DNA of 64,000 nucleotides from Dehalococcoidia bacterium. Its GTDB lineage: Bacteria > Chloroflexota > Dehalococcoidia > UBA2979. Position 1 is the stretch's first letter. Every line of letters starts with the position of its first letter. The translations under genes and the position numbers were made by a program. Below the pieces are notes generated by a model that was not told the DNA's origin, made no database searches, and was given only the letters and a program-made list of their open reading frames with translations. The stretch covers positions 288,001 through 352,000 of the forward strand of contig OZ244720.1 of the NCBI GenBank assembly GCA_965219085.1. The letters are read 5' to 3'. This document shows, one piece after another, positions 9,796 to 22,269 of this stretch.

Positions 9796-10029
9796 CGTCC
9801 GGGGCCGGGTCTGGCGCAAGGGCGGCTCACGGGTACCGGACGGCTGAGATCGCGCCGCGCGACAGCTTCCTGCATGCGCCAGCGCGACGTGCGGAACGAC
9901 GAGAGCGGGCCGGCGTTCCGCACGTCGTGGGGCCTCCCGCAACCTCCCCCAGTGCACAGCCGGAAGAGTTTCCCGTCTTGTCGCCCCCTACTGGCCCGGC
10001 CCGGTGACGGTGACGGTGAGCGAGTTGGC

Positions 10030-10262
10030 GAGCTGTCCCACATCCTCCACGGACTCCTCGCCCCCTTCGCCGGCGACGATCTTCCTGGCGAGCGCCAGCA
10101 TCAGGTCGTCGCCTTCGTCCCCGTAGGCGGCGAGGCCGTCCTCGGGCAGCTCGCCCTCCACCGCCAGCGACGATTGTAGCTTCTTCGCCACGAGCTTGAG
10201 GGCGTCCGCCTGCAGGGTGTTCCGGTAGGCCATGAATACGACCTGCACGGGCTGCGTCTGGC
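10030..10262 (-). pseudogene. ICE-type SNF2/DEAD helicase C-terminal stub (copy 1)
   Basis: GQTQPVQVVFMAYRNTLQADALKLVAKKLQSSLAVEGELPEDGL...DDLMLALARKIV resembles, from memory, the C-terminus of the PFGI-1/ICEclc-class helicase. Confidence 0.65.
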
Positions 10263-10305
10263 CGCCGAGTCCGCGACCGACTCCGCTGCCATCTCTGTGC
10301 AACGG

Positions 10306-13300
10306 TCAGTTGGCCGCGGCCGGTCCCTCGCTCCTGGCGACCAGCGGCATGAGGACCGGCGGGCCGTCCGGGAACAGCTCCCGGAACCCCGCGTTCGCGA
10401 ACTCCGGAGCTCCGAGGATGTAGGAGACCCACTCGCCGCCGTGCAGGGCGTAGAGGGCCGTGACCTGCTGGCTCTCGGCGCACGCCTCCAGTTCCTCGAC
10501 GCTGCCTCCCTCGTAGACGACAAGGCTGAAGCCCTCGGCGATCTCGCCGCGCAGGCACTCCGCACCCGGCAGCAGGGTGCCGTCGCCGCGGTTCGGGTCG
10601 GCAGAAGGCGGTCCGTTGCTCTTGACGGTCAGCGGCGTGACCGGGGGAACGCCACCGGCGAACAGCTCGGCGAAGCCCGCGTTCACGAATGGCGGCGCTC
10701 CGAGGATGTAGGAGACATAGACACCGTCGTGCAGCGCGTAGAGGGCCGTGACACCCCGGCTCTCCGCGCAGGCATCGAGGTCCTCGATGCTGCCACCCTC
10801 GAAGACGACGAGGCTGAACCCCTCGGCGACCGCGCCGCGCAGGCAGTGGGGCCAGGGATCGCTGGCCGGGTCCCACGCCGCCTCCGGGAAGCTAATGCTG
10901 TAGACCTTCTTGCGGCTGCCGTCCGCCGAGGTGACGGTGACGGTGAGCTCGCTCAGATCCTGGAGGGTGACTTGGTGGTCGTCCGCTTTCCCGTCGGCGT
11001 CGGGCGGGTCGATGTCGACATCCGTGCCGCGCTGCACCGTGGCGGCCTCGACGGTCGTCTCCGTCACGCCCTCGGCGATGTCGCCTTCGTAGTCCGTGCG
11101 GCGCGGCAGGAACTCCCCGATGTCGACGCCGCTGAGCGTGAGTGAGGCGAGTCGGGCGTCAATGGCGTCGGGCATGTTGTAGCTGTAGACCTTGTCGTCG
11201 CTCGCGTCGGCGACGTACATCACCTCGCCGTCGGACCAGAGGCCGCGGGGGCTGTTGTTGCTGGCCTTGCTCAGTTCCCTGGACGCTCCGAACTCCTCGT
11301 CGCGGACGCGCTCGAGTGCCTTGGCGCCGTCCTCCGCGTCGTCCTCGGCGGAGTCGGCCTCATCATCCGGCAGCACGGGCAGCCGGTAGGCGAACAGCCG
11401 CTTGGCGCCGTGGTCGGAGACCCAGACCGTGACGCTGTCGGACCAGATGCCGTGGGGGTCACCGTTGGCGTCGTCCAAGGCGAACTCGGCGAGCAGCTCG
11501 CCGCTCTCCAGGTCGTAGGCGAAGAGGCTGTCCTTGCCGCCGTCGAGCACATACATCCGCTCGCCGTTGGACCAGATGCCGCGGGCGGCGCGGTTGCGCT
11601 CGGCGAGCGCGATGTCGCGCTCTGGGAGGCGCTCGCCGCTCTCCAGGTCGTAGGCGAAGAGGCGGTTCTGGCCGCTGTCGGAGACCCAGACCACGCTCGT
11701 GTGGGACCAGACACCGCGAGGCGCGCGGTTGGTTGCGTCGAGGTCGAACTCGAAGTCCTCGACACGCCCGCCTGTCTCGAGGTCGTAGGCGTAGATGGCG
11801 TCGTCGGCGCCCGAGCCGTTCTCGAGGAGCCAGAGGATGGAGCCATTGGACCAGGAGCCGGTGGGCGAGTCGTGGCTCGAGTCGAGCGCTTCGATGTCGC
11901 GCTTGACGTTCCACTCGAACTCGACCTCGCTTGGTGTCGGGCCTGTGGGGCCGCCGCCGCCACCGCCAACGAAGCCACCGCCACTGACGACCGGCCCGGT
12001 CGTCACCGTGATGATCACGTCGATGCTCGCCGTGGCACCTTCGGTGTCGCGCGCCTCGACCGTGACGGCGTACTCGGACGTCGTAGCGGCGTCGAACGTG
12101 ACCCCCGTGCCGACCGCGATCTGGCCGTCGGCGTCGATGACGAACGAAAACACGTCGGGGCCCGAGAGCCTGTACGCGAGCGTGTCGTTCTCGTCGACAT
12201 CCATCGCCGTCACGGGCGCACCGACGTTATCGCCAGCCTCCGCGCTTTCGGACACGCTGCGGGTCGTCGTCGGCGATACGAAGGTGGGCGCGTCGTTCAC
12301 CGCGTCGACCTCGATGGAGACCGGGGCGGTGCTCGAGAGCGAAGGGCTGCCGGTGTCCCGGGCCTGGTAGGTGAACGTGTCCGCGCCGTTGTAGTCGGCG
12401 TTGGGCTCGTAGGTGATCGTGCGGCGATCGCCCACATTCGCGAGTTCATTGACCCTCGCACGTCCGTTGAGCGGCGGGGTGACCACCGTCAGCAGCAACT
12501 CGTTCCGGTCGTCCTCCGGGTCTGTGTCGTTGCCGAGGACGTCGATGGTGACATCGCCGTCCTCGCTTACCGCAGCGGTGTCGGCGACGGCGTCCGGCGG
12601 CTCGTTCACGTCCGTGACTTCGATGGTGACCTGGATAGTGCCAGACGCATTCGAGCTGTCGCTGGCTGTGATGGTCACGTCGTGCGAGGGCGCCGTTTCG
12701 TGGTTGAGCGAATCGTCGCCGACGACCCGGATCTGGCCGCTATTGCGGTCAATCGTGAAGAGGTCTGACCCCGAGAGTTCGTACGCCAGCACGTCGCCGC
12801 TGTCGGTGTCGGTAGCCGTCACCGGCCCACCCACGGCAGCGCGCGCTCCCGCGTTCTCGGGGACGCTGCGGGTCGGTGTCGGTTCGTCGAACGATGGGCG
12901 AGCGTTGGCGACGGGAGCCGCCTTCACCGAGTTGACCGACACCAGCAGGCGGCTCTTGTTCGGCCCGTGCCCGTCGGTGTATGCGGCGGTGATGCGCAGG
13001 TAGTAGCCGACATCTCCCGCGACGGGCGTGTAGACGCTCGTGGTGAGGCGGTCGATAGCGCCGGTGAGGGCCGTCCAGGGGCCGTTGCGGCTTGTCGAGC
13101 GCTCCCACGTCCAGGTCGTCGACGACACCCCGTCGGGGTCGCTGAGCGTAGCCGTGTAGTCCGCATCGGCCTGTGGCTGCGGCGATGAGAAGCCGAGGGT
13201 GCCGGTCTCGTCCTTGTTCGTGACGCTGACGGCGACGTCCAGCGTCGTGGTGTGGCCACCGGCCGAGACACTCAGCGTCACGTTGTACACGTTGTTGCCG

Positions 13301-16300
13301 CCGGAGTCGGTGGCGTCCTCGTAGTCCGGCGCCGCCTTGAACGTGAGCCTGCCGTTCGAGGAGTTGAAGTCGAACCTGCCGCTGTCGTTCCCGGCGAGGG
13401 GTTGCCAGGCGATGGTGGCGGTCTCCGGGTCCGTGGCCTGGTACGTCCCGACGAGGAGCGTGCCCCCCTCCTCCATGCTCGGCGCGGCGTCGCCGGTGAT
13501 GGCAGGCAGCTCATTGACGGGGTCGACGGTCACGGTGACGGCGAGGCTGCCCGTCTTGCCGTCGCTGTCGCGGGCGCTGACCGTGATGCCGTAGACGTTG
13601 TTCCCGCCCGAGTCGGCGGGGCGCTCATGGTCGGGGACGTTGGCGAAGGAGAGCACGCCGGCGGCGCTGAGGGTGAAGTCGCCCCGGTCGCTTCCCCCGA
13701 GGGACCACGTGTACGTCAGGCCGGGCTTCTGCTCCGGGTCGTTCGCGCTGAAGGTGGCGAGCGTGCCGTCGTAGTTCTCGGCCACGGTGAGCGCGTTGTT
13801 GTTCACGGTGACGCCGCCCGCCGCCGCGAACGAGACGTCCGCCGGCTCGTCGACGTTGGTCACGGTGATGGTCAACGTGACGCTGTCGCTCAGGCCGTAG
13901 GGGTCGGTGGCGGTCACGACGACCTCGTACGACCTCCGCGCCTCGTGATCGAACCGGACGGTGGCCCGCAGCCCTCCGGCGGCCGGGTTCGGGATGGCGA
14001 AGACGGCTGCGTCAACCCCGCCGAGCGTGTAGGTGAGCCGTTCGCCGTCCGGGTCGGTGGCGGTGACGGTGGCGACGACCGCCGACGTGCTGTTGTTCTC
14101 GGCCACCTCCCGGGTCTCCGTGGCGGCGGCAAACGCCGGCGGCCGTCCCGGAACGATCTTGAGGATGCGGTCCGCGCCGCCGCCGTTCGATGTGGTGAGG
14201 TAGAGCGCGCCGCCGGGGCCCAGCATGGGGGTCCGGAGGCGCCCGTACGTACCGTCGAGTTCGGGCACGACCACCTGGCTCACGAACGTCCCGGCCGCGG
14301 TGAACTTGAAGATTCGGAGCGACCGGGTCTTGAGCGTGGCGACCGCGAGCCGGCCGTCCCACTCCTCCCAGTCGGCGCCGTGGAGGAAGATGCCGCCGCT
14401 GGTCGCCAGCGTCGGGTCGCCGGACGACCACCGGGCCTCGACCGCGTCGGGGAACTTCACGCGGTCGGTCATGGGAACGGACTGGTCGTAGCCGGGTGCC
14501 GGATCCCAGCCGTAGTTGCCCCCCGAGGTCAGCAGGTTGATCTCGTCGTCCACCGTCGGCCCGTGCTCAACCGACCACATCTGGTTCGTGCCGGGGCGGA
14601 GCGCGAGGCCCTGCGGGTTGCGATGGCCGTGGGTGTAGACGCGCGGCGACGGGGCGAACGGGTTCCCGGGCGCGCCGGCGCCCGTCGACGCATCGACGCG
14701 GAGCACCTTCCCGCCCAGCGAGCCGAGGTCCTGCGGTACCGTCCCGGATGCAGCGTCTCCCGTCGCGATCCAGAGGAACCCGTGCGGGCCGAAGCGCAGC
14801 CGGCAACCGTTGTGGATGCTGCCCGCGGGGATGCCTCCGACGAGGGGATCTGCGACACGCGTGGCCGCGGTGTAGTCCGAGTTCATGGTCCAGGCGATCA
14901 CCTGCACGACGTGCCCGGTGTGCGCCTGGCAGGTGTAGAACCGCCGGTTCGAGGCGAATCCGGGATCGACGAGGATCGCCATCAGTCCGGCCTCCCCGCT
15001 CACGAACAGGTCGCTGAAGTCCGCCGTCACGGTCTGGACCGTGCCGTCGGTGAGCCGGGCCTTGAGCGCTCCGCCGCGCTCCGTGAGCAGCATCGTCCCG
15101 TCGGGCGCGAAGGCGAGATCCCAGGGAATGCCGAGGCCGGAGACGAGCGTGACAACGGTGATCCCGGGCGCGGCCTCACGCGCGCCGACCGGCTGGCCCG
15201 ATTCGGCCTCGGCGCTCTTGCCGGAGCCCTCTCCGTCCGCATAGGTCGCACGGGCCCGGATGTACATCCCCTCGTCGCTGCTCTTCGGCGCGTAGCTTGC
15301 GCCGCTACCGGCAACGCTCGTCCAGTTGGTCCCGAGGACCGCTGCCACTGCCAGAGCACCGACCGCACGTCCCCGTCCGGGTCGCTGATGGTCGCCCTGA
15401 GCACGGTTCCAACCCGGGCCTGAGCGGGCCCCAGCGAAACGGCGCCCGCTTCCTCGACGTTGGTGACCGTGATCGTCACGTCGATGGTGTCGCTCAGCCC
15501 GTGGGTGTCCGTGGCGGTCAGCGCGACGGAGTAGCTGGACGCGGTCTCGTAGTCGAGGGTGGCCCTCGTTCGCAGCTGACCCGTCGAGGCCACGATCGCG
15601 AAGGAGCCCGCGTCGGGTCCGCCCAGCGAGTACCTCAGCGAGTCGCCGCTGTCGGGATCCGTGGCGACGAGCGGTTCGCCGATGTCCTGGCCCGAGGCGG
15701 TGTTCTCAGGGATGGTGCGGGCGCCGGTCTCGGTGTCCGGGAAGGATGGTGAGATCGACTGCAGCGTGAACGCGAGGCTCGCGATCCGCCTGGTCGTGAA
15801 CCTGCCCGTCCCGCGGATGCTGTGGATGACGCCGCGCGGGCTGGTGTCGACGCTGGGGCTGAGCGAGAAGTCATTGCCCTCCTCGCTGCCGGCATCCCAC
15901 GGGAAGAGGTCCACCTCGTGCGAGGGGAGCCAGCGGCCGGAGGAGTCGAGCAGCAGCAGCCCGGAGACGCCCACGAACCAGTCGTGGCTCGGCGCGATCA
16001 TCGTCGTGAGCGTGACCCGCGGGAACTCGGTCGTGAGCGTGCGGTTGCTCACCGTCTTCAAGCCAGTCGGACTGATGTTGCCGGACGGGCTGATGACGGC
16101 GAGGGCCGTCGCCGGGCTGGCGTCGATCGCCGTATTGACCTCGCTGCGGAGTTGAGCCGTCTGTCCAACTTCCGCCATCGACTCGATTCCGGCGCTCGCC
16201 GCCTCTCCGCTCACGAGGAAGGTGACGCCGGCGTTGTGCACCCCGCCGATCAGGCGTGAGAAGTGCGCGCCGCCGGGTCGGCCGTCCGGCGTGACAGTCG

Positions 16301-19300
16301 TCGTCCAGTGGCCCCGGAACCGGATGGTGTAGATGGCGGTCGAGGCGAACGGCGCGACAGGGTCGCTCGCCGGCGGGGTGAGCGACAGGTCCTGCTCGGT
16401 GCGCGTCACGGTGACGCTGTAGGTCTCCGTCGCCAGGCCGTCCTGCGCCGTGACCTCGACCCGGATCACGTTCTCGCCGGCCGACAGGTCGACCTGGAAG
16501 CCCGCGGCGCCGGCGGCGTCGGTGCGGGTGTTGCCGCTGCCGTCGAGGAACTCAGAGGCGGCGTTGCCGTCGCTTGTGGTCGCGGCGATCGTGACCTGCA
16601 TCACCGTGTACCCGACCGATGCCGTGTACGAGGTCACGCCGCTGCTGAACGCGGGGCTCAGCCGCACGCCGGTCAGTGTCAGCGCGCCGAGCGTGGCGTC
16701 GTCGGAGAGCGCCGTCGTACCCGTCCGGGATGCCGACCACGGTCCCCAGCCGGAGGCGTTGACGGCGCGCACCTGCACGTCGTACTGCGTGCCGACCTCG
16801 AGTCCCGTCACCGTGGCCGTGAGGTCGCCGGAGGTCCACACAGCCGACCGGACGGTCCAGTTCGTCTCCACCGTGTCGTCGGCGCTGGTCTCGATGTACC
16901 GCAGGTCGTAGGACGTGACGGCCGCGTCTCCGTCCGTGGCGGGCGCGCTCCACCCGGCGGTGAGCCCCGACGCGACGCCGGCCAGCGAGTCGATCGCCGG
17001 GGCGCCGGGCCGTGTCGTGCCGACGCTGGTGGCGGACCAGGCGCCCTCGCCCGCGCCGTTGACCGCGCGCACCTGCACGTCGTACTGCGTGCCGCTGTCG
17101 AGACCCGTGACTTCATGCTCCAGGTCCGGGCCGCCGGAGCTCCACACCTCCGTCTCGACGGTCCAGTTGGCGTCCATCGTCTCGTCCTCGCCGGTCTTGA
17201 TGTGGCGCAGGTCGTAGGACGTGATCTCGTCCCCGCCGTCGCTGGCGGGCTCGCTCCACCCGACGGTGAGCGAGCCGCCTGCCCCGGTGACCGCGTCGAT
17301 CGTCGGAGCGCCGGGTGTGGTGCGCGGTGTGGCGGTGCGGACGCCCGACCAGGCGTGCTGGTCGGTCCCCACGACCGCCCGCACCTGCACGTCGTAGGAG
17401 ACCCCGTTGTCGAGGCTCGGCGTCGGGTTGAGCGTGTAGTCGAGCGAGCCGGAGGTCCAGATCGACGTGGTCACAGTCCAGCGCGCGTCTGCCTTGTCCG
17501 AAGCGTCGCTGCGGATATGGCGCAGGTCGTACGAGGTGACGGTTCCCATGGTGGTGCTGGTGGGCGCGGTCCACTCGATGGCGAGCGAGCGGTCGCCGGG
17601 GGTGACCGAGTCGGTGGTCGGGGCCTTGTCCGTCGTCGGGGTGCCGACACCGGTGGCGGACCAGAGGCCGTCGCCGCTGGCGTTGACCGCACGCACCTGT
17701 ACGTCGTACTGCACGTTCCCGGTCAGCCCACTGATGGTGTACTCGATGTCACCGCTGGTCCATGCGTTGTCCACGAGCGTCCACTCGCTGTGGGACTTGT
17801 CGGCTACGTCGCTGCGGATGGAACGCACGTCGTAGGCGGTGATGTCGGACGCCCCCGTGTTGCTCGGGGCGGTCCAGGTGACGGTGAGCGACTCGCTCCC
17901 GTCCTCGACCGAGTCGATGGCGGGGGCTGCGGGGGTCGACCTGTGGCCATATACCGTGAGGCTCCACGAGTTGAGTCTGGCGACCGCCTCGCCGTCCACG
18001 TGGTCCGCGATGCGCAGCGTCCAGACGCCGCCCGGATCCTCGCCAAGGTGTTTGGCCGATCCGAAGCGCACGAAGCGGTCCAGGTCGCACTGGCCCGGGA
18101 GGATGCCAAACAACGAGGTGCACTCCCCGCTGCCAACGAGGTAGTGCGGGGACAGCACGGAGACCTCGCCCGATGGCGACTCCAGTTCTATCTGCAGGTC
18201 CCTGAACCACGCGGCCGTGAGGGAGAGACGAATCGAGACGAATTCGGTGAACTGCACCCGGGCGCCCATGGTGATGCTGCTGGTGACCGTGGTCGGCGTG
18301 CCCGAGGAGGGCAGGTCGGGGACCGCCAGGCTGATGTCGCCCGACGCCTGCGTTTCCTCGATGAACAGCGGAAGGCTGGTCCAGCCGGCCGCCAGGTCCA
18401 TCGCCTCCCCGGCGTCGACCACGCCGAAGCCGTATTCGTGGTTGAACGTGTAGCGCTGGGTCGCGGAGCCGTACCGGAGGGCGCCCTCCTCCCAGCCGGT
18501 ATTCGATGGGTCGTTCTTCCGGGCGGAGCCCGCCAGGATGAGCTTGACGTCGCGCCAGGTCAGGTCGGTGTAGGCACCCCGCAGGAGCGCGGCCACCCCG
18601 GACACGATGGCGGCCGTGGAAGAGGTCCCGCCGTAGTTGTTCCGGTAGCGGCCGAAGTTGGCGGTGGTGGTGATGGCCGCTGGCAGGTAGCTGGCGCCGG
18701 AAGGCGCGCATACCCACAGGTTGGCGCCCTGTTCGGAGTAGTGCCACCGGACACCCCGATCCGTGACCGCACAGGCGGCCGTAGCGGTGTAGTGGTTCCG
18801 GAATCCGCTCAGGTTGGAGTTGGCGCCGACCACCGCGTCGTTGCCGCCGGACCGCACATACAACACCCCCTTGCCGCCGTAGCCCTCCGTGACCCCTCGC
18901 ACCACCGCCCTTTCCCAGCCCGAGGGCGCCGTGGCATACCCGGGACCCTCGGTTACCGACCAGCTGTTGTTGCTGATGGCCGTGGTCTCCATCCCCCGCG
19001 TCATCGCGTCCGCCGCATTGGCATGGTTGTAGTCGTCGATGAGGTTGTAGACATAGATCTGGGCGCGGGGCGCGACCCCCCGAACGCCGATGCCGTTGTC
19101 CCGCGCGGCGATGAGGCCGGCGGCGCCGGTGCCGTGGGTATTTCCGGGATTGAACACGGCTGCGCCGCCGTAGCCGTAGTTGCGGTCCGCAATCACGTTG
19201 GGCGCCAGGTCCGGGTGCCCGGCGTCAAAGCCGTCGTCGACCAGGGCCACGGTGGCGCCGGCCCCGAGGTGGCCGGCCGCCCACACCTCCCGGACGTTGA

Positions 19301-20849
19301 TGTCCTCGCCCGGCGTCCCGCCCAGCTGTCCGGTGTTGTCCAGGTGCCACTGGCACCCGGAGAGGGGGTCGCTCAGGGGGTCGCTCAGGGACGCGGTGAG
19401 CGCCGTGCACCCGTCGAAGAATTCGCCGTAGACGTAGTCCTCCCACATGCGCAGCCCGTAACGCCCCGACGTGGGCCCGGAGCTGCCGGGCAAACGCGTG
19501 ACCTTGATGTAGTACGTTCCCGCGTCGAGGCGGTCGCGGAGCGTGAACCCGACGGGCGCGCTGATCCTGTACCTGCTCTCGAAGATGTTCGCGTCAACGG
19601 GGTTGGCGTCGGCGTCCAGCAACTCCCCGGCGATGGCGACGGCGGAGCCCGAGGCGCCGATGACGACATGGGTCGCCTGGGCGAGCTCAATGCGGAAGTA
19701 GTCGACGTCGTCCGCCGGGCTGATGGTTCCCGCTTTCGGGAACAGCGGGACGAGAGGCTCCGCCGCCTCGGTGCTGCTTCCCGGCTCGGCGGCCCGGTTC
19801 ACGTGGAGCGTGTAGGCGCCGGTTGCGTCAAGGTAGCCGTCAACCTCCACGTAGTAGGTCCCCGGGCTCAGGTTCGCACGTACGAAGAAGATGTTGCCCC
19901 CCACGGGGAATCTCTCAACGTTTGGGGGCCGCCCGCTCCCGCTCAGCCAGAGGTCGCCCGACGTGTGCGCGGGGCCGGTCGTGTGCACCAGCAGAATGGT
20001 GTGCGCGGTCAGCGTGATCCGGAACCAGTCCTTGTCGGTCTCCTCCAGATCGATAATCCCCCTGGCGAAGCCGCCGACCTCGATGTCCTGGGCATCGGAC
20101 CGCGCCGTGGAGTCGGCGATGGTCGTCGTTCCCAGAACGTAGGCGCCCGTGGCGCCATCGCTGCCCGTGACCTTGACGTAGTAGGTCCCAGCCTGGAGGG
20201 AGCCCCAGAGGAGGAAGTTGTGGCGCCCGTGCAGCTCGTCCCCTTCGTCGTTCTCGCTGAGCAGCACCCCGTCCGCGTCCAGCAGCTGTCCCACCGTGTC
20301 GAGGTCGCCCCGGGTGTAGACGATGATGCCGGTCGCCGCCGTCAGCTCGAGCGTGAAGTAGTCGACGTCGGTCCCGGACTCGATCACCCCGCCCATGCGC
20401 GTGGTCAGCGGCAGCGTGGTCGCTGTCTCCAGCGTGCCGCCGTGCTCGGCGGGAGTCCCCGTGGCGGTCGCCGACCAGGCGCCGTCGGTCGCGGCCACGG
20501 CCCGCACCTGCACGTCGTAGCCCGTGCCGTTGGTCAGTCCGGCGAGCACGCCGTGGAGGCTCCCGGAGGTCCAGAAGCCCTCCACGACCGTCCAGTTGGC
20601 GTCCGCCTTGTCCGGGGCCGCGCTCTCGATGTAGCGCAGGTCGTAGGCGGTGATGCCCGTCACGCCGGTGGGCGCGGTCCAGGCCACGCTGAGCGAGCCG
20701 TCGGCCGGGGTAATCGACTCGATCGTGGGGGCGGCGACGGACGTCTGTGCCCCTGCTCCGCCGCTCTCGATCACGAGCGACAGCAGCACGGCCAACAGAG
20801 CGCAGCCCCTTGCAAGCGGCAACCCGGCGCAGCGCGGCATGCTCCTCAT
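10306..20849 (-). pseudogene. Giant secreted modular protein A (~3500 aa if joined), split by one frameshift near 15335
   Basis: ORFs 15027..20849 and 10306..15348 join at WQWQRSS/GTNWT. Order: signal peptide, FN3, PPC-like repeats, S8 (VDDG/HGT/GGTSS), P-domain, four FN3, cadherin-like sandwich, Spondin_N, cadherin, glucose/sorbosone-dehydrogenase propeller, cadherins, Ig-like, Gly linker, conserved C-terminal module. Confidence 0.85.
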
Positions 20850-20979
20850 GGGTTCAGCCGCAGCCCCTGATCGCGGCTCGCTTTGGGCTCCCGACGGGGA
20901 CTGGAACGCACCACCACGTCCTTGTCCCGCCCCGGGTTCGGCAAGCTTTGGCGCGAGTGGCGGCCGCGGTAGCGGTCAG

Positions 20980-21094
20980 CTCCTGGCTTGGGCCTGGACA
21001 ACTCAGGGGATGAACACCAGGCCGGCGAGGGCCGCCAGTCCGGTGAGCACCAGCGGGAGCGGCGCAAGGCGCAAGGACGCCGGGAGCCGATCAT
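20980..21094 (-). pseudogene. Decayed signal-peptide start homologous to the one at 57347
   Basis: MIGSRR...LAPLPLVLTGLAALAGL..*VVQAQ versus VIASRRIAPLPLLLIGLAVFAVL..VAHAQ; carries a frameshift and a stop. Confidence 0.55.
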
Positions 21095-21310
21095 GACTCA
21101 CCCCGGTCAGGACCGGGACAAGCATCGGGGGCGGGCGCCAGTTCGGCCGTTGCCGCAATGGGCAAGCGCAGCCCCGCGGCGTTCGCTTCAGGCACCAGGA
21201 ACTGGTCCGCCAAGCGCAAGGTCGATGCTTCCCCGTTGCGGCCCGGAATGGGGACGGCCGCCATCCGCCGCAGGACGATCTTGTCGCGATTCCCGTTACA
21301 TCTTCACGAT

Positions 21311-21426
21311 CTCTCGACCTAGCTCGTAAGTGCCGAGCGACACAACGGAGAGGCAAGTTTGTTTGCTCCGGGGTGAGCCCTTCTGCAACCGGGACAGGTA
21401 CGTTTGCTCTGGCGGTCGCTTCGCGC
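21311..21426 (-). promoter_or_regulatory. Conserved leader element, copy 1
   Basis: CGTAAGTGCCGAGCG.CACAA...TTTGTTTGCTCC...GGTCGCTTCGCG; five copies in the window. Confidence 0.6.
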
Positions 21427-21508
21427 TACGGCCGCCGGGTCATGCACGCACAGCCAACCTGCACGACTTGCATCCTTTGCGCCGACTTACTCTGTGGGTG
21501 CATACAGG

Positions 21509-21599
21509 TTGTTCCGGTAGGCCAATGAAGACGAGCCTTTGCTGGACCGCTCCGGCGGAGGACGCCGACCTGCACGGGTTGGGTCTGGCCGATGCGCCA
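21509..21599 (-). pseudogene. Helicase C-terminal stub (copy 2), interrupted by a ~32-bp inverted insertion
   Basis: tgttccggtaggcca-atgaagacga[insert]gacctgcacgggttgggtctggccgatgcgcca matches 29933-29987. Confidence 0.7.
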
Positions 21600-21775
21600 T
21601 GTACGTCGCCGACGCGAGCGACGACAAGGTCTACAGCTACAACATGCGCGGGTGCACTGGATACGGTGACCGTCGCCTGCTTCCGCGGCGTGCCAGACGG
21701 TCGTCCGGAGCCACGAGGTCGAGTTTCGTCTGCTTCAACGGGCCTCGATAAACATCAAGGGCCACTTCGCTGCCA

Positions 21776-22215
21776 TCAGCGAGAACCACCAGGCGTGTGC
21801 CCGCGAACAGGGTCGACCGATGTCTTGTTCGACTGCTGTTGGCCCTTCACCCCGTCGCGCAGGGCGATCACGCGGTAGGCGTAGTTCACCCCGGCCTCGG
21901 TCGCGGTAACGTCCGTGTATGCGGTCGCGGTGGACCGGGTGTCGGCCACGAGGGTGGTCAGTTCGCCCTCGCCCACCGCGCGCAGGATCTCGTAGCCGCT
22001 TGACGCTGTCAGCGTCCTCCGCCGGAGCGGTCCAGCAAAGGCTCACGCCGCGGTCTTCGGCAAGCGTGGCGGTTACCCGATACCGGCAGCACTCCCCACA
22101 GCGCAAACGCGAAAGCGAGCGCACCCAGGACCGCCGTGATCGCGGTCGCGCGCAGGGACCGCCTCCGGCCTGCGTTCCGGGCAGCTCGTGCGGCGGCATG
22201 CCGGCTAGTGGTCAT
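21776..22215 (-). pseudogene. Degraded signal-peptide plus FN3 protein
   Basis: SLRATAITAVLGALAFAFALWGVLPVSG; SLCWTAPAEDAD; LVADTRSTATAYTDVTATEAGVNYAYRVIAL; the pieces lie in different frames. Confidence 0.6.
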
Positions 22216-22269
22216 GCTGCGCTACTCGATTGAATTGCGCGCTAGTGAAGCTCTGCCTGTCAGACATGG

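Noticed and set aside
10003-10021. 19-bp match to 10930-10948 as another templated patch
   Set aside because: Low-complexity GTGACG repeat (VTVT codons) that is common throughout the window.
16263-20870. Long plus-strand ORFs (1535 aa here; also 13252..15423, 36613..39114 and others)
   Set aside because: Antisense shadows of high-GC coding genes; Arg/Gly/Val-rich with no recognisable motifs.
21533-22044. 33-bp inverted repeat as the ends of an invertible switch or MITE
   Set aside because: One copy is ordinary FN3 coding sequence and the other splits a helicase stub; no invertase or TSD. A templated insertion explains it better.
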